A program made the translations under genes and the position numbers. The notes beneath the pieces are model-generated. The model searched no databases. It was given only the letters and a program-made list of their open reading frames with translations, and was not told where the DNA came from. Positions 19,195 to 28,760 of a stretch of DNA of 64,000 nucleotides are shown here, piece by piece. How positions within the stretch are numbered: position 1 is the stretch's first letter; every line of letters begins with the position of its first letter. Source of the DNA: a virus; the IMG/VR virus record IMGVR_UViG_3300033388_002987, positions 32,001 through 96,000 of that record; one strand, 5' to 3'.

Positions 19195-19580
19195 AACTAG
19201 GTTACGGTATTAGGCCGTTTATAAATAGCAGGTCGCTTACCTATTACTCCTCTTATAGTAACGCTCAACTTAGGGCGGTACCTGCTTGCAGAACTGTAGT
19301 GGAGGCCAATGCGACATGCCTAATAAGTACTAGCAGTCTGTCAAGACTATAAACTTGTCTGACATAATCTCTCAGAAGTATCTCTACCCATACTAATTGA
19401 GGTAGATGCAAAAAGACACAGCAACTGTATAAGGCTAGAGCAGGGTGGATCCTGCTTACATTTAGTACTCCTAAGAGCATCAACAGCACCATGTAAGGGG
19501 TGCGTTGTAGCAGAGAAGGTTTACACCTTCTCGGTACCGAGCAGGTACATGCAACAGCTGATGTTCTAAGGAATACTAAT
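19195..19580 (+). ncRNA. Putative structured ncRNA (~390 nt); family unassigned
   Basis: Intergenic; long closing stem 19462-19482/19559-19579 enclosing three hairpins, plus several upstream hairpins. Confidence 0.65.
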
Positions 19581-19598
19581 AAATTTTAAAGGAATAAC

Positions 19599-20579
19599 AT
19601 GACAGGTTTACAAGAATTAATTAATAAGATAAAAGCTGAGGATCACTCAGCGTACTTAGCACTGCTAAATAAGATAAATGGTGAGAAAATGGACAGGTAC
19701 GCCATTGGTAAATTATTTGCAAGTGCTACATTCACAAAAATAACTAATAATCAGTTACTACTACTACGCTCTATGAGTTTTAAAGGTGGTGATACTATCT
19801 GGCTTAGCACGTATAACCGTACACTTTCAAGCTTTGAAAATAGGTTTCAGAATACGCGTGGAGACTACCAGTTGAAATATGGTATTGATTCTCTACCAAA
19901 AGTTGATACTAAATTTATAACTACCTACCACAGAACTCAATGGCGTAAAGCTAACCCGTCTACTCGTAAGAACGGTCCTGCTAAAGGTACTCAATTTACA
20001 TTTAAAATGGATATGTTCTCACTAACCATCTTTAAAAATAGTATAAAGAACGAGTTCCTCCGCACCGAGGGTAAGAACTTTATAATGAAAGTCAATAAGG
20101 CTTTCAGTGAGTCAGAAGGTAATGATTCCCATACTAAGATACGTAATAAATTTTATGCACTGATACTTGATAATACTCCAGTACATACTAAAGCTATGAT
20201 AAATGAATTAAGTCCAACTGCTTTAAAAACTAATGGTACTTACTACATACCTGATGCTGATGAAGCAATAATAGTAGGATTCCGTTGGGGAGGTGATAAC
20301 GAAGTTAGCTACGCTACATCCTATAGCATGGACACATACTCAACTGACTTACCACTAGTAACACACAACATCGGATCAGAAGATGAACGTCACAATAATA
20401 GGTTACTATCAGCCAGCTCTATGTTACTAACAGCACACGCCTCGACAGATTGTGAAGCTTATAAGTCTGCAGCTACACGTATGGTAAAACACTTACCAAG
20501 AACTATAGTCACAGCTGCTTTAGCAAAAACACAAGCCGTAGCGACACTACGCTCAATCTTAAAGGAATCAAATGAATAA
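19599..20579 (+). CDS. Hypothetical protein
   Basis: 326-aa ORF with AAAGGA RBS. Confidence 0.7.
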   Translation: MTGLQELINKIKAEDHSAYLALLNKINGEKMDRYAIGKLFASATFTKITNNQLLLLRSMSFKGGDTIWLSTYNRTLSSFENRFQNTRGDYQLKYGIDSLPKVDTKFITTYHRTQWRKANPSTRKNGPAKGTQFTFKMDMFSLTIFKNSIKNEFLRTEGKNFIMKVNKAFSESEGNDSHTKIRNKFYALILDNTPVHTKAMINELSPTALKTNGTYYIPDADEAIIVGFRWGGDNEVSYATSYSMDTYSTDLPLVTHNIGSEDERHNNRLLSASSMLLTAHASTDCEAYKSAATRMVKHLPRTIVTAALAKTQAVATLRSILKESNE

Positions 20580-20769
20580 TACAATCACAACAATACTCTC
20601 TACAAACATTAAAGGGCAATTAGCCGGAGCAGACATAGGTGGAGGTATCTGTATAGCTGGGTCACCAGGTATCGGTAAAACTCAAACTATGTACAAGATA
20701 GCTAAAGACTTAAACATGGAGATTGTGCAAGTATCAATCCCAGAAGTATCCACTGAAAACCTTTCGGGT
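20572..20769 (+). CDS. MoxR-type AAA+ ATPase (N4 gp24-like), exon 1
   Basis: Walker A GSPGIGKT; ends ENLSG immediately before the intron. Confidence 0.85.
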
Positions 20770-21851
20770 TAACAAACAATTGAACATTACACTTAAAACC
20801 TACCACGATGAGAATATAAAAATGATAATGGTAGTCTAAAGTAATAATGTTTAATTTGTTACAGCCCCTCTACACAGTAATGTGTATAGCAAATCCCTTT
20901 AATTGCTGGGAACTCTTGTAAGTTTTAATACTACAATAACCGTGAAAACAGGTTATGAATGTTTAACAAATTAAAAATAGAGACAATCAGCAGCCAAGCT
21001 CCGTATAGGAGAAGGTTCAACGACTAGTGCATTGTGCACGTACACCTAAGTAGGTGGAAATGGGGGACATCTTTAAACTAACTTTAAGAAATTTCTCGGT
21101 ATACTTACTTATCTAATTTAAGGAAGTACAATGGGAAATAAAGAAATTTTCAAACCAGTCAACTCTAAATACGGTACTCGTTACGAAGTGTCAAATCAAG
21201 GAAGACTGAGAATAACAACTAAGTGTGGAACAAAGCTCCGAACAGGTAGCTTACACCCTCAAATGCATACTACATATGTAAAAGCATCATTATCTAATAA
21301 TGGTATAAACTACACAGTACATATGCACAGACTAGTTGCCGAGGCATTCATACCGAATCCTGACAATAAACCATTCGTAAATCATAAAGATAAGGATGGT
21401 ACTAATAATAATGTATCTAATCTAGAGTGGACAACTCCCTCAGAGAATATGCAACATTCCGCTGATAATCTAGCCCTTAATAGTAAAGCTAAAAGCACAA
21501 AGAAACGTATAACTACGGTAACTCTTGACAGCTTTGAAGATTACTTAACATATATAGGCAAAGACATCGGAGGACGTACTATTATTGGTGTACAGTATAA
21601 GAAACTAACAATAGGCAATAAGCCTGTATTTAAGTGGTTTGGTGTTTATACTTGTAACAATTGTCAAGACGAAATAAGTAGCCCTTGGAATCAAACAATG
21701 AGAAGATCACTAGAAGGACGTAAGCAATTTTGCTTACAATGCTCTAGAAAGTTAAAACCTAAAGATGAAGATATAGTCTAGCCTACACAGAGATGTGTAG
21801 CTGCAGGTAATGCTGCGGACACAGCCTAACGAGCTGTGTTGAATATAAGCG
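20770..21851 (+). mobile_element. Group I self-splicing intron (1082 nt) encoding an HNH endonuclease
   Basis: P AATTGCTGGGAA 20901, Q AATCAGCAG 20985, R GTTCAACGACTA 21015, S AAGATATAGTCT 21768. The exon ends in T, the intron ends in G (21851), and removal gives the in-frame junction LSG|IPDF. Confidence 0.92.
21131..21781 (+). CDS. Intron-encoded NUMOD4-HNH homing endonuclease
   Basis: YEVSNQGR, MHRLVAEAFIPNPDNKPFVNHKDKDGTNNNVSNLEW and C-terminal CxxC pairs. The stop overlaps the S element. Confidence 0.9.
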   Translation: MGNKEIFKPVNSKYGTRYEVSNQGRLRITTKCGTKLRTGSLHPQMHTTYVKASLSNNGINYTVHMHRLVAEAFIPNPDNKPFVNHKDKDGTNNNVSNLEWTTPSENMQHSADNLALNSKAKSTKKRITTVTLDSFEDYLTYIGKDIGGRTIIGVQYKKLTIGNKPVFKWFGVYTCNNCQDEISSPWNQTMRRSLEGRKQFCLQCSRKLKPKDEDIV

Positions 21852-22853
21852 ATTCCAGACTTCCTTGACGCTCAACATATGGATGCTTACTCAGTAACTG
21901 GTACAACTGACTCACAAGCTACTAAATGGTCTGTACCTCAAATTATTGAAACAGTAAACCGCTTAGCTGCTACACCCGGCAAAGCCGGTTGTATCTTATT
22001 CATAGATGACTTGCACCGTGTAAACATGGCAGTAGCTCCCTACTTATACGGTCTCCTTGGAGAACGTAAACTAGGCTCTTATAGACTTGACGGAAAAGTG
22101 GCTATCATGGGCGCAATGAACGACTCTGACGAAGCAGGCTTCTCAGGAGTAGACAGCCCTATTAAAGATAGAATTGGTATTTTACCAGTTCCATTCGACT
22201 TTGAATACTGGTTTGATAACTTTGGTAAACACCTACACTTCTATGTAAGTTCATTCTTAAAAACTCATTCTAGCTATGTACAAGAAGATGAATCAACTAT
22301 GATTGAGCAATTTGCTACACCGCGTTCGTGGTCACACCTTGCAAATGAGTTTGAACTATACGACTTGGATTTCATCCAAGCACATACTACCTTACTTGCA
22401 AAACAAAAGGTATCTATTGCAGCTGCAAATGAACTTCAAAAACACATCGCATACGTTGAGGCAATTGACTTCACAGCTAAAATCAAAGCTAAGCAACCTA
22501 TCAATATAGCTGGACTTAAACCTATTGACCAGATCTTGTATGCATACATCATTAACTATGTTACTGATATAGAAGATGCAAAATACGTTATGAGTCTTAT
22601 TGATGGTAATATTGATTCAGCTAACTTCATTGGCTTCATAATAGGAGAGCTTTACAACAAGTTCATCGCTAAAGAAGGTGGCAAGCATATCAACGACGGC
22701 CTTACAATTATCTTAGAAAAATTGCTTAAATCAGATTACAACCCAGAATCTTATAATAAACCTATGAGTAAGGCTGTAAAAGAAACTTATGACAAGTTAT
22801 CATTCGCTGAACACGATAAGTTGTTCGCTGTAGCGTCAGAGTTTATACATTAA
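21852..22853 (+). CDS. MoxR-type AAA+ ATPase, exon 2 (spliced product ~399 aa)
   Basis: IPDF..KWSVP, Walker B ILFIDDLHR, IMGAMN, DSPIKDR and ATPRSW. Confidence 0.85.
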   Translation: MPDFLDAQHMDAYSVTGTTDSQATKWSVPQIIETVNRLAATPGKAGCILFIDDLHRVNMAVAPYLYGLLGERKLGSYRLDGKVAIMGAMNDSDEAGFSGVDSPIKDRIGILPVPFDFEYWFDNFGKHLHFYVSSFLKTHSSYVQEDESTMIEQFATPRSWSHLANEFELYDLDFIQAHTTLLAKQKVSIAAANELQKHIAYVEAIDFTAKIKAKQPINIAGLKPIDQILYAYIINYVTDIEDAKYVMSLIDGNIDSANFIGFIIGELYNKFIAKEGGKHINDGLTIILEKLLKSDYNPESYNKPMSKAVKETYDKLSFAEHDKLFAVASEFIH

Positions 22854-22855
22854 CA

Positions 22856-23928
22856 ATGGTTGGTAGAGTAGTACTTCCTGGTAGTACTTTAACACTACAG
22901 TGTATCATAGACGCTACTAGGTCAATGGACTACCCAAATTACGGTAAACTTAAACGCCAGGTAGAAAGTATTCGCAATCCAATTGAACAACTCTTTCGCC
23001 TTAAAGCCCTTATTGATAATCCTATGCTTGATATTAGTACTCGTAATGCAGCTACCTTAATACTAAAGGACTTACAAAATGGACAAATTTAAATGGAAAA
23101 TATTCATTGAAGTACTAGAAAATAGCCCTACTGAACTATCACTAGACCTCTTCGAAGAGTCCCTACTAGCTCTTCCTACGGAAGACCTAAACTCAGTTGC
23201 TGAAGCACTTAAATGCACCACATCAACACCTTCAGACGTCAAAACAGCTAAGCATGTTATAGAAATGCTGCAAATATTATGGCACTACCAGTAGCGCTAG
23301 TAAATACTTTACGTAGTGGCTCTATAGGGGTTGCAGGACTTGCATTAAAGAACTATATAATAAGTTTACAAAAGTTTGAGCAGGTATTTGTAATACAAAG
23401 TCTACTAGATAGTGATTTAAAGAAACTATGTGGTAGAAGTGGGGTATCCCTTTATGTTAAGCATATACTACTAGATCTAAGGACTAAAAATGGGTAAACA
23501 GTATAACCCTTGGGACCCATGTTATCAAATGTGGAAAAGCTTTATTAATACAACTTGCTTAGGATGCTCAAAGATGCAAATACTATTTAAAGTACAAGCC
23601 TTTAGGAATAATAAGCACCACAAATATTTAGATAACTTAGAATGTCTTGATAAAGTACTAAAAGATATTAACAATGGATAAGTTTCAACGTGAACTAATG
23701 ATAGTTACAATATGTAATACTAGCACTATTACTGAAGAGCAAGCATTAGCATTCACTACACAGCTTGACCATGAATTTAAGCATAATGCCTATACCCTTA
23801 CTTATCCTATGGTACGCCTAGCTAGACTATTAGACTACGATAAGTACCCTACTGAAGTTCATGCATTTACAACACATGTATTACTAAAAGCGGACATACA
23901 AAAATATAACAATAAAAGGGAGACTTAA
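22856..23928 (+). CDS. Run of five small overlapping hypothetical ORFs (22856-23092, 23079-23294, 23279-23497, 23490-23681, 23674-23928)
   Basis: Head-to-tail overlapping ORFs of 63-84 aa between the AAA+ and VWA genes. Confidence 0.55.
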
Positions 23929-25373
23929 TGAATACACAAGACTTTATAAAAGAAGCAGAAAACCTTATCTATAAAGAAGTAGCTAAAAATACTAACCTTA
24001 TTTTAGGTAAGGCCAAGACTGCCTCACTAAGTACAGGACTATTCCTTAAGCTTCCAATAGAGGTAGTAGTTGAAAAAACTAGCGAACCAGTACCTAAATT
24101 ATATAAAGAACTAAAGTCTTTCATAAACTACTTTGGCGCTTACGTAATGCACGGTAATAGCTCTAAAGCTTACTTCAAATTCATGTATCATGATGAGAAA
24201 GATTTAACTGTTATATCAAATCACTTACATCGTCACGGTATGTTCTTTGCTTTTGTGTACTTACACGAAATCCAACACATAATAAGAAAGCATAACACCA
24301 GCTCGTATGAAACTATGATGACCCGTATATGTGGCGACACCGCATTCCCACATGAAATAATCAACATAGCAGAAGATCATGCTATTAACTATAGCCTTAA
24401 AGATTTATTCATAGCAGCAAAACTTAATCGTCAATGGACTCCTATTGAAGAAATTGGTATGTACAATCAAACATACCACAACGACCAACTATCAGACATT
24501 GATATCCTTAAAGACCTATTAAAGAAGAACCCTCCAATTACTAAGACACAAATCTCAGACATGATGTCTAAGATAACATGTGACGGTAAGGAGTCACTCC
24601 AACCTACTGACCCAGGAGGTAGCACACCTGCTGCCTCGAATAACGGTAAAGTAGATAAAACAAGTACATCGTCTGACGACGCTGACATAGCACTTTCAGA
24701 CCTATCTGAGTCAATACAAGATATCATACGTACCAACACTAAAGGTACTACAGCTGGCGACCTCTTCGAACAACTATTTGATTCAATTAAAGTTGAAACA
24801 GGTTGGTTCAAGAAGATCAAAGCATCATTCAAACGTCAAGTCTACTATAAGACTCATGACTACACAACTAGCTGGGCTAACCTTAACAACACATTTAGAC
24901 GTATTTACAAGTCACCTAAGAAGACCTTCATTGATAACAAGATTAATATCATATTATCAGTGGACCACAGTGGCTCTATGAGCACTGAAGACCTTCAAAA
25001 GTTACTCTACCTAGTCGAGTCTGAGTCAAACCGTATAGCATCTCTAAAGGTACTTATACACGATACTCGTGTAATTAAAGAGTTCTTAATAGAAGATGAT
25101 TATGACATAGCTAACAACCCTGAATTTAAGGAAGCCCTAGCGACTCGTTACACCTCCGGTGGAACTAGTCATAAATGTGTATTTGAACATATCCAAGACT
25201 CTAAACTAGTAGACCCTAATATGGTAATCTATATGAGCTTCTCAGATAACTATTCTGACATTGAGCAATGCTTTAAGTCTTATCCAGTAATGCGAAAGCT
25301 AACTAATTACTGGATCTGTGCTGGAGCTAATAACCCTGTATCAGTTCCTGGTACTAATATAATGATGGTATAG
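23928..25373 (+). CDS. Metallopeptidase-like (HExxH) plus VWA-domain protein (N4 gp25-like), partner of the MoxR ATPase
   Basis: YLHEIQH, NIAEDHAIN, MIDAS SVDHSGSM, IHDTRV and GGTS. Confidence 0.85.
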   Translation: MNTQDFIKEAENLIYKEVAKNTNLILGKAKTASLSTGLFLKLPIEVVVEKTSEPVPKLYKELKSFINYFGAYVMHGNSSKAYFKFMYHDEKDLTVISNHLHRHGMFFAFVYLHEIQHIIRKHNTSSYETMMTRICGDTAFPHEIINIAEDHAINYSLKDLFIAAKLNRQWTPIEEIGMYNQTYHNDQLSDIDILKDLLKKNPPITKTQISDMMSKITCDGKESLQPTDPGGSTPAASNNGKVDKTSTSSDDADIALSDLSESIQDIIRTNTKGTTAGDLFEQLFDSIKVETGWFKKIKASFKRQVYYKTHDYTTSWANLNNTFRRIYKSPKKTFIDNKINIILSVDHSGSMSTEDLQKLLYLVESESNRIASLKVLIHDTRVIKEFLIEDDYDIANNPEFKEALATRYTSGGTSHKCVFEHIQDSKLVDPNMVIYMSFSDNYSDIEQCFKSYPVMRKLTNYWICAGANNPVSVPGTNIMMV

Positions 25374-25375
25374 TA

Positions 25376-25642
25376 ATGGATAAGTTTAAGCTAATTATTT
25401 TAGAAAACCTTGCTAATAATACTAATCCTACCTTTGTAGGTGTAAGTACTTGCTTAGATTATTTATTAACCAAGAAGATTTGCATATGGTCAGAGACTAT
25501 AGAATATCTCTCATTTAATAAACCTAGTGGTCGAACTAAGCGTATAGCGAAAGCTTTACATAGAAATACTAAAGGCCTTGTAGGGCATAGCCACTATTTA
25601 GTATTCTTTAAAAATCATATGGATAAATATTTCAAGGATTAA
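25376..25642 (+). CDS. Hypothetical protein
   Basis: Tightly packed ORF. Confidence 0.5.
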   Translation: MDKFKLIILENLANNTNPTFVGVSTCLDYLLTKKICIWSETIEYLSFNKPSGRTKRIAKALHRNTKGLVGHSHYLVFFKNHMDKYFKD

Positions 25643-25643
25643 C

Positions 25644-26336
25644 ATGAACCAATTCCAATACACACTAGCTATGAATAAAATACCTACACTTAAAACTCAT
25701 AAAGCGAAAGAAGAATTTGCTAGGGAGATCTACGAAGTATTAGAGCCTCATGGTAAATGCTATTCTATGGATGTTAAAGACGACAACATACAAACTATAG
25801 TAAACGGGTATAAATGCCTTTGTGTAATAATACCTTTATGTACCAGTGCTAAAGGTTTACCACAATTTATAACTACCATACATGAGAACTGTCGTATAAG
25901 TTTACTAAGACGATGCACTAATACTAATAATATTACGTACGATGAGTATATTGATATGTTTCAATATGAGACTAATGAATTAAATTTTAGTAATGGGTAC
26001 CCTAGTAGTAGACAGCCATTTATTGACTTAATTGGAACTAACATTCAACCATATAAAATAGATCTAAATTTACGTGCAACAAATCAAGGCACTTATAGTG
26101 TACCATCATTTGATTTGTATACCCACAATCAATTACTGACTCTAGAAATGTATAAAGACCTAGCACTAAAAAGTAAAGTATTAACAGTAGTAGAAGATGA
26201 GTTAAAACGCCTTTATAGTCTAGTAGCTTCCCTAGACACTGCAGCTATGTTAACTGACTTAGACGATATAACACGCTCAGCTAATCTAATAACTAGTACC
26301 ATAAAGGCTCGCAATGAACAAGTTGGCACCATATAA
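25644..26336 (+). CDS. Hypothetical protein
   Basis: AAGGA RBS; 230 aa. Confidence 0.65.
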   Translation: MNQFQYTLAMNKIPTLKTHKAKEEFAREIYEVLEPHGKCYSMDVKDDNIQTIVNGYKCLCVIIPLCTSAKGLPQFITTIHENCRISLLRRCTNTNNITYDEYIDMFQYETNELNFSNGYPSSRQPFIDLIGTNIQPYKIDLNLRATNQGTYSVPSFDLYTHNQLLTLEMYKDLALKSKVLTVVEDELKRLYSLVASLDTAAMLTDLDDITRSANLITSTIKARNEQVGTI

Positions 26337-27687
26337 GATACCATACGGACGCTACCTGAAATCAGGTGAGTACAGACCTCCAGGTAAGAAATCACTAAAG
26401 TGGTTCACAACCCCTCACAGAACTATTCACGTCACCCGTGAGGGTGACTACCAACAAGTAAAATACGAAGCCTTCAACCCTGGCTCACGCCATAACATCC
26501 GTCAATGGATGGAAGAGGACTTCGGCTATACATTCCCTTACTACACTCCCAAAGGTAACCCTAAAGTAGATGTAGATTCCCTAGAGAACATGCAACATCC
26601 TTCAGGTAAGCTCCTTAGACGTTACCTGAAGGTAACGAAAGACCAATCTCAAGTGGGAGGAGCCGACGGTTCACTAGTTAAAAACTACAATGAAACTCAG
26701 CGTACTGTAAAGTCAAGGACTGACACTAATGGAACGGTAACAGGCAGGTTCACTAGTAGCTCAATTAACTTAGCACAGATACCTGCACAACAAGAGTTCC
26801 GAGAACTTTTCAGGGCACCTCAAGGCTGGTCCTTCTTAGGAACAGACTTTAGTGGACAAGAGAACGTCAACCTAGCAGAAATGCTCTACCCATACGACGA
26901 TGGACGCCTAGCGGACATCATCGCCTCAGGTAACAAGGACGATGGTACAGACCTTCACTCCCTAAACGCTAAAGCCTGTGGCATCTCCCGTGGAGACGCT
27001 AAACCACTTTGGTTTGGATTCCTATACGGATCCTCTCCAACCTTAACAGGCTACACGTTACTAAAGCATGGCTTCTTTGCTGACTACACTCCTAAAGAGT
27101 TTACTGCTATGGAGAAGAAACTTAAACGTAGAGTAATCTCGCTAGACACTGGTGAATTCTACCCAATCAAGAAAGACGCACTAGTACCATTCAATAAACA
27201 GCTTATTATACAAGCGCTCTTTGGTGCTAAAGTACAAGCAGACCTTATTGCATCAACACATGGACTTGCAAGCCTCATTAAGAACTTAACTATGACAGCT
27301 AAGGCAAATGGGTATGTAACTATGTTTGGCGGCCGCAGGGTACCTATACGTCACGCTCACGCTACACTTAACTCACAACTACAAGGTATGGGTGCTGAAG
27401 CAATGAAGCACTACCTAGTATTCTATCACGAGGAAGCTAAGCGCCAAGGTTTACACCATGGCCAACACTTCAAACAAGAAGCTTGTATTTACGATGAGGT
27501 AGACTTAATAGTACGTGATGATAAACGCTTTGAAATAGCTGATATCCTCCAAGGTACTTACGAAAAGGTCTCCACACACTTAGGTATGAAATGTACTTAT
27601 ACAGGCGAGGTCCTCATAGGAGGTCACTCTAAAGACAAGCATGGCCCTAACGGCCTTGCTGATAACTCGTGGCAAGGATGTCACTAA
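26314..27687 (+). CDS. Family A (T7-like) DNA polymerase, C-terminal half: rest of thumb, palm and fingers
   Basis: FNPGSR, TVTGRFTSSSINLAQIP, motif A GTDFSGQE, motif B RGDAKPLWFGFLYG, LNSQLQG and motif C IYDEVD. Own AAAGG RBS at 26303. Confidence 0.92.
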   Translation: MNKLAPYKIPYGRYLKSGEYRPPGKKSLKWFTTPHRTIHVTREGDYQQVKYEAFNPGSRHNIRQWMEEDFGYTFPYYTPKGNPKVDVDSLENMQHPSGKLLRRYLKVTKDQSQVGGADGSLVKNYNETQRTVKSRTDTNGTVTGRFTSSSINLAQIPAQQEFRELFRAPQGWSFLGTDFSGQENVNLAEMLYPYDDGRLADIIASGNKDDGTDLHSLNAKACGISRGDAKPLWFGFLYGSSPTLTGYTLLKHGFFADYTPKEFTAMEKKLKRRVISLDTGEFYPIKKDALVPFNKQLIIQALFGAKVQADLIASTHGLASLIKNLTMTAKANGYVTMFGGRRVPIRHAHATLNSQLQGMGAEAMKHYLVFYHEEAKRQGLHHGQHFKQEACIYDEVDLIVRDDKRFEIADILQGTYEKVSTHLGMKCTYTGEVLIGGHSKDKHGPNGLADNSWQGCH

Positions 27688-27708
27688 CATTATTTAATAG
27701 GATATAAC

Positions 27709-28023
27709 ATGATAAGTAAAGAACTATTTAGTGCAGTAACCGGTATCCAATTAGAAAATGGTTTTGCTTATGATGGGTATAGTGATTTTCATCATATTAG
27801 TAAATGGAACATCCACGAACTTGCACACAAGTGCAAGGAGTGGGCTGCTAACAAAGGTTACTATATATCGTCATTCAGTGATTATACAGAAGACTGGTTC
27901 TGTAATATTAGATTCCCTGGTAAGGTTCCGTTTAGACAAACATTTATACATTTAAATGAGCCTGAAGCTATATTCGCAGCATGCGAATATATACTAAAGG
28001 AACAAAAAAAGGAATTACCGTGA
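27709..28023 (+). CDS. Hypothetical protein
   Basis: AGGA RBS; HELAHKCKEWA..EPEAIFAACEYIL. Confidence 0.65.
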   Translation: MISKELFSAVTGIQLENGFAYDGYSDFHHISKWNIHELAHKCKEWAANKGYYISSFSDYTEDWFCNIRFPGKVPFRQTFIHLNEPEAIFAACEYILKEQKKELP

Positions 28024-28385
28024 ACCAATTTGATTACATAGTAGCTGTCGAGAAGATGAAGTCATTAGTTACCATTAAAAGTAAATCAATCTTTATTAAG
28101 GATATAAAAATTATTTGGAGCAACGTTAAAGGCATTACACCTTATAACATCCTTCTTATGGATACAGTAATGAATGAGTTTTTACCTGAAAAGATACCAG
28201 GAGCAGCTTCCTTACGAAATGCTATAAATGAATATGCTGGAAGGCTTACAGGTGACACCTCTATTTTAGATAACATAACTAAAACACCAGTTACTGGTAG
28301 TAATGATTACCACAGCTTCATGAGTAGCCCTGGAATCCCAGCTTATTTAAAACTAGCAGTATTAAAGGCAGAACATGGCAATTGA
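28020..28385 (+). CDS. Hypothetical protein
   Basis: Likely GTG start at 28020 after AAGGA; the track begins at 27981. Confidence 0.5.
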   Translation: MNQFDYIVAVEKMKSLVTIKSKSIFIKDIKIIWSNVKGITPYNILLMDTVMNEFLPEKIPGAASLRNAINEYAGRLTGDTSILDNITKTPVTGSNDYHSFMSSPGIPAYLKLAVLKAEHGN

Positions 28386-28605
28386 TATACACTCAATGGA
28401 GCTACACGAGGTAGCTCACGAAGAAAAAGGTAATATTGAAATTACCCGCGTAGCTGGTGGGTGGCTATACTACTACTTATTTCGAAAAGAAACAATATTT
28501 GTTCCACGGCAAGATTCACAAAGCCCCATTCCCATGATCGACATCTACGGTGTGGAAAGTGTACTACGCGAAATCAAAGACATCATGTATCAAAGGACTT
28601 ACTAA
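28375..28605 (+). CDS. Hypothetical protein
   Basis: AAGG RBS; overlapping packing. Confidence 0.5.
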   Translation: MAIDIHSMELHEVAHEEKGNIEITRVAGGWLYYYLFRKETIFVPRQDSQSPIPMIDIYGVESVLREIKDIMYQRTY

Positions 28606-28760
28606 TGACACCAACTAAAACAGCTCAAGAAACCTTCGAGCAGATGACACCACAAGAGTTTATGCTAAACCCGCAACTACACGCTTGGTTCGTTGAAAAC
28701 GATGTACAAGAGTGTTTCAAAAACCATCCGTGCAACCAAGCACGTATAAAAGGAGCCTAA

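Noticed and set aside
10300-26350. Split intein, translational bypass or ncRNA-guided trans-splicing joining the polymerase halves
   Set aside because: There are no intein N- or C-terminal motifs. The shared ATA CCA (Ile-Pro) codons and a 7-nt complement in the ncRNA are within chance expectation, and 16 kb is far beyond known bypass distances.
28461-28760. ORF start at 28461 as given in the track
   Set aside because: It overlaps 28375-28605 in another frame; the likely start is ATG 28605 after AAAGGA.
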